Below, piece by piece: positions 56,766-59,088 of a stretch of 59,088 bases of DNA. Origin of the DNA: an uncultured virus (IMG/VR IMGVR_UViG_3300043673_000060) (lineage: Duplodnaviria; Heunggongvirae; Uroviricota; Caudoviricetes); IMG/VR virus record IMGVR_UViG_3300043673_000060; one strand, given 5' to 3'. Position 1 is the stretch's first letter; every line of letters starts with the position of its first letter. A program made the position numbers and the translations under genes. The notes below the pieces were generated by a model. The model was not told the origin of the DNA, did no database searches, and saw only the letters and a program-made list of their open reading frames with translations.

Positions 56766-58199
56766 CTACTTCGCGTCGACGACCCTCTTCACCTGGCTGA
56801 GCGCAACCGGCCCGTCGATCTTGTCGACGTCGACCACGGCGATCTCACCGTGCATGCGCGCCGGGCCCTTCGTGAAGGTTTCGACGGGCCCGCCAGCGGT
56901 CTGCACGACGACGGGGAAGCCCGCCATGCTCGGCCACTTAGAGCACAGCTCGGCCTGCTCCTGCAGACGCACGGCGCGCTCGTGGTCGGGAATGACCGGC
57001 GTGGTCGACGACGGGACGACGGGCGTCTCGCCAGGCTTGAGGCCGCCGATGGGGCCCGTTGGGACGGTGGCGCCAGGCATTTCCATCTGCACTGGCGTAC
57101 CCGGCTTGACGCCGGTCGGCCGCGCGGTCGCAACGGGCTCGTTTTGCGAGCTGGCTGGCTGATTGGCCGGATGGGTGGGCGTGCCCGCGTCCGCTGGGGA
57201 CGCGGAGCTTGCGTTGGCACCGCGTGCGCGGGTGGCAAGGCGCTGTCCGCGGGTCTTGGGAGCGTCGGCGGAGGCGTCGGACTGCGCCTGGGTGGCGACC
57301 GGCTCGGCGCTCTCGCCATTTTTCGCCGCCATGATCTCGGCCCAGGACTGCTCGCCCTCACGGATGGCCGCGTACAGGCCGCGCAGATCCGTGAGCTGCG
57401 CCGGTGAGCACTGGGCGAGATCGTGCCCCAGGTACGCCTTCAGGTCGCTCGGCATCACGCTCATCGCGGCGAATCCATCGGCGAGAGCTTTGCGCGCTGC
57501 GTCCGGATCCTGCGCGTCTTGCCGCTTGACGGTGTCGATGATCTTCTGCTCGCACTCTTCGATCGTGTCCGCGCTGAGCAAGCGCAGGCCTTCGGTGCGA
57601 AGGGTCTTCGACACGAGGGCGTTTTCCTTCTGTAGTAGTTCGTCGTCCGTAGCTTCGACCAGGTACACCATGTCGCCGTAGCTGTTGGTGCGCGCACGCA
57701 GCGCCAGCTGCCCCTGCCCGAGCTTCTTGCGCTCCACAGTCTTGCCGATGACGACGTCCTTGCCGAACGCTGCGTTCGTTTCGAGGTCGATCACGGTGAT
57801 GGCCACGATCCGTTTCTCGGCATCGTCGTACACGGCCCTCGTCGAGACCATGATGTTTCCCATGTGCCGGATGGCGGCTTCGGCGAAACGTACGGACAGA
57901 CCCTCGATGCGACCGATCGTGCCGGTGATGCGTCCCGGCTTGTTGCCGCGCTGCACGCTGAAGAACGCGCGCGACGCGAACGACGTGCGCGAGCACTCCT
58001 TGAGCAGCCGGATACGGACGTTGTCGTCGTCGCGCGGATGCTGCATGGCCATGATGAAGCGCGCCTGCACCTCTGCCTGCGCGCGCGCCGCCTCCGCCGA
58101 GGTCGATGTCTCGTGCCGCTTCTCCAGCGAGGCATCGCCGAAGCCCTGCCGCGCGATGCTCGTACCGTTGCCGTTCGTCGTCGTCATATCCTGCGACAT
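56766..58199 (-). CDS. Putative single-strand annealing/recombination protein (SSAP-like)
   Basis: AEVQARFIMA..PRD..EGLSVRFAE..MGN..DLETN pattern seen in phage early recombination regions; low-complexity C-terminus. Confidence 0.55.
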   Translation of the reverse strand: MSQDMTTTNGNGTSIARQGFGDASLEKRHETSTSAEAARAQAEVQARFIMAMQHPRDDDNVRIRLLKECSRTSFASRAFFSVQRGNKPGRITGTIGRIEGLSVRFAEAAIRHMGNIMVSTRAVYDDAEKRIVAITVIDLETNAAFGKDVVIGKTVERKKLGQGQLALRARTNSYGDMVYLVEATDDELLQKENALVSKTLRTEGLRLLSADTIEECEQKIIDTVKRQDAQDPDAARKALADGFAAMSVMPSDLKAYLGHDLAQCSPAQLTDLRGLYAAIREGEQSWAEIMAAKNGESAEPVATQAQSDASADAPKTRGQRLATRARGANASSASPADAGTPTHPANQPASSQNEPVATARPTGVKPGTPVQMEMPGATVPTGPIGGLKPGETPVVPSSTTPVIPDHERAVRLQEQAELCSKWPSMAGFPVVVQTAGGPVETFTKGPARMHGEIAVVDVDKIDGPVALSQVKRVVDAK

Positions 58200-58261
58200 G
58201 CGTCACCCCTTCACCATCGTTGTGCTGAGACACAAGCTCGCGCTTGCAGGCTCAGAGCCGG

Positions 58262-58297
58262 GTCTCCACCGCTTGCCATGTGGAGCTTCGTTTCGCC
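58262..58297 (-). CRISPR. Solitary repeat with its own promoter, in the 5' leader of the SSAP-like operon
   Basis: 35/36 match to the repeat; 100 nt from array 3; 62 nt upstream of the ATG at 58199. Confidence 0.9.
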
Positions 58298-58299
58298 CC

Positions 58300-58328
58300 A
58301 AACTAACAACCAGTCGCGCGCCCGTCAA
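58300..58328 (-). promoter_or_regulatory. Sigma70-type promoter firing into the solitary repeat
   Basis: Minus strand TTGACG-N17-TAGTTT, ending 2 nt before the repeat; same -10 as the cas promoter. Confidence 0.7.
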
Positions 58329-58397
58329 GCGCTCAGTTCGCGCCCGCCGCCATCGTCCGTGCGGGCCGCGGATGGCATGCGGGGTCGCGCATGCATC

Positions 58398-59001
58398 GTC
58401 TCCACCGCTTGCCATGTGGAGCTTTCGTTTCACCTTGTCGACGCAGCGCCACGCGCAGGTCTCCACCGCTTGCCATGTGGAGCTTCGTTTCACCAAGCGG
58501 TGGAGACAAGCAGACGGCGCTCCTCCTGGTTGTCTCCACCGCTTGCCATGTGGAGCTTCGTTTCACCGCGCGCGCGTTGGGACGCCCACCGCGCACCTCC
58601 ACGTCTCCACCGCTTGCCATGTGGAGCTTCGTTTCACCCTGCCAGCGCAGATCGCTCGTGGTCTTGTGATCGGGTCTCCACCGCTTGCCATGTGGAGCTT
58701 CGTTTCACCCTACACGACCACCTCGTGACGGCAACGCGCCCGCGCGTCGTCTCCACCGCTTGCCATGTGGAGCTTCGTTTCACCATGCCGCGCCGAGCGG
58801 GTTCGCAGCCTTCCTGAAGTGTCTCCACCGCTTGCCATGTGGAGCTTCGTTTCACCGCCAGACCGACGAGGACGAGCGGGCATCGCGAGTGAGTCTCCAC
58901 CGCTTGCCATGTGGAGCTTCGTTTCACCGGGTCTCCATCGCCGACGCGCAAGAGGCGCAGCCCGGGTCTCCACCGCTTGCCATGTGGAGCTTCGTTTCAC
59001 C
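58398..59001 (-). CRISPR. CRISPR array 3: 9 repeats, 8 spacers (24-39 nt)
   Basis: Repeats at 58398 (37-nt variant), 58459, 58532, 58603, 58674, 58749, 58821, 58893 and 58966. Confidence 0.98.
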
Positions 59002-59088
59002 AGGTCCCGCAGGACCCCAATCATTACGCGCCATTGCTGGCCATTGCGCGAGCGGTCGCCATTCTCGCCAACTTCTCGTCGCGCATTC
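59002..59088 (-). repeat. Leader / effector 3'-end copy, cut by the window edge
   Basis: Identical to 2194-2280. Confidence 0.9.

Noticed and set aside
1938..59001. Self-targeting spacers inside the window
   Set aside because: By eye I found no convincing protospacer, only 10-13 nt matches (e.g. CAGGCACGT near 8022). A computational search is still needed.

Overview
GC-rich, gene-dense window that reads as part of a large bacterial virus or prophage-like element, not a housekeeping region. No terminase, portal, tape-measure, rRNA or tRNA is recognisable. It holds a long minus-strand block of Pro/Gly/Ala-rich and membrane-anchored putative virion proteins (candidate capsid gene 31142-32560), an early/replication block (SSAP-like, ParB-like, DNA methyltransferase, SET, RadC-JAB polyprotein), a glycosylation/methylation cluster, a Doc/AbrB toxin-antitoxin cassette and a tandem GroES. 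The main system is a compact type V CRISPR effector most like Cas12m (18669-20582) with no cas1/cas2 in the window. Three arrays share one 36-nt repeat (1938-2193, 20606-21201, 58398-59001). The probable leader lies inside the last ~57 codons of the effector gene and is copied in front of the two distant arrays. Four solitary or degenerate repeats lie elsewhere (10773, 17821, 34316, 58262), three at gene starts and one with its own sigma70-like promoter, which suggests the element also uses the effector for gene regulation. Separately, a Q-[IVL]-N-x-Q-L-x-P peptide tag recurs about 10 times across unrelated proteins. All family calls come from motif recognition by eye; no database searches were run.
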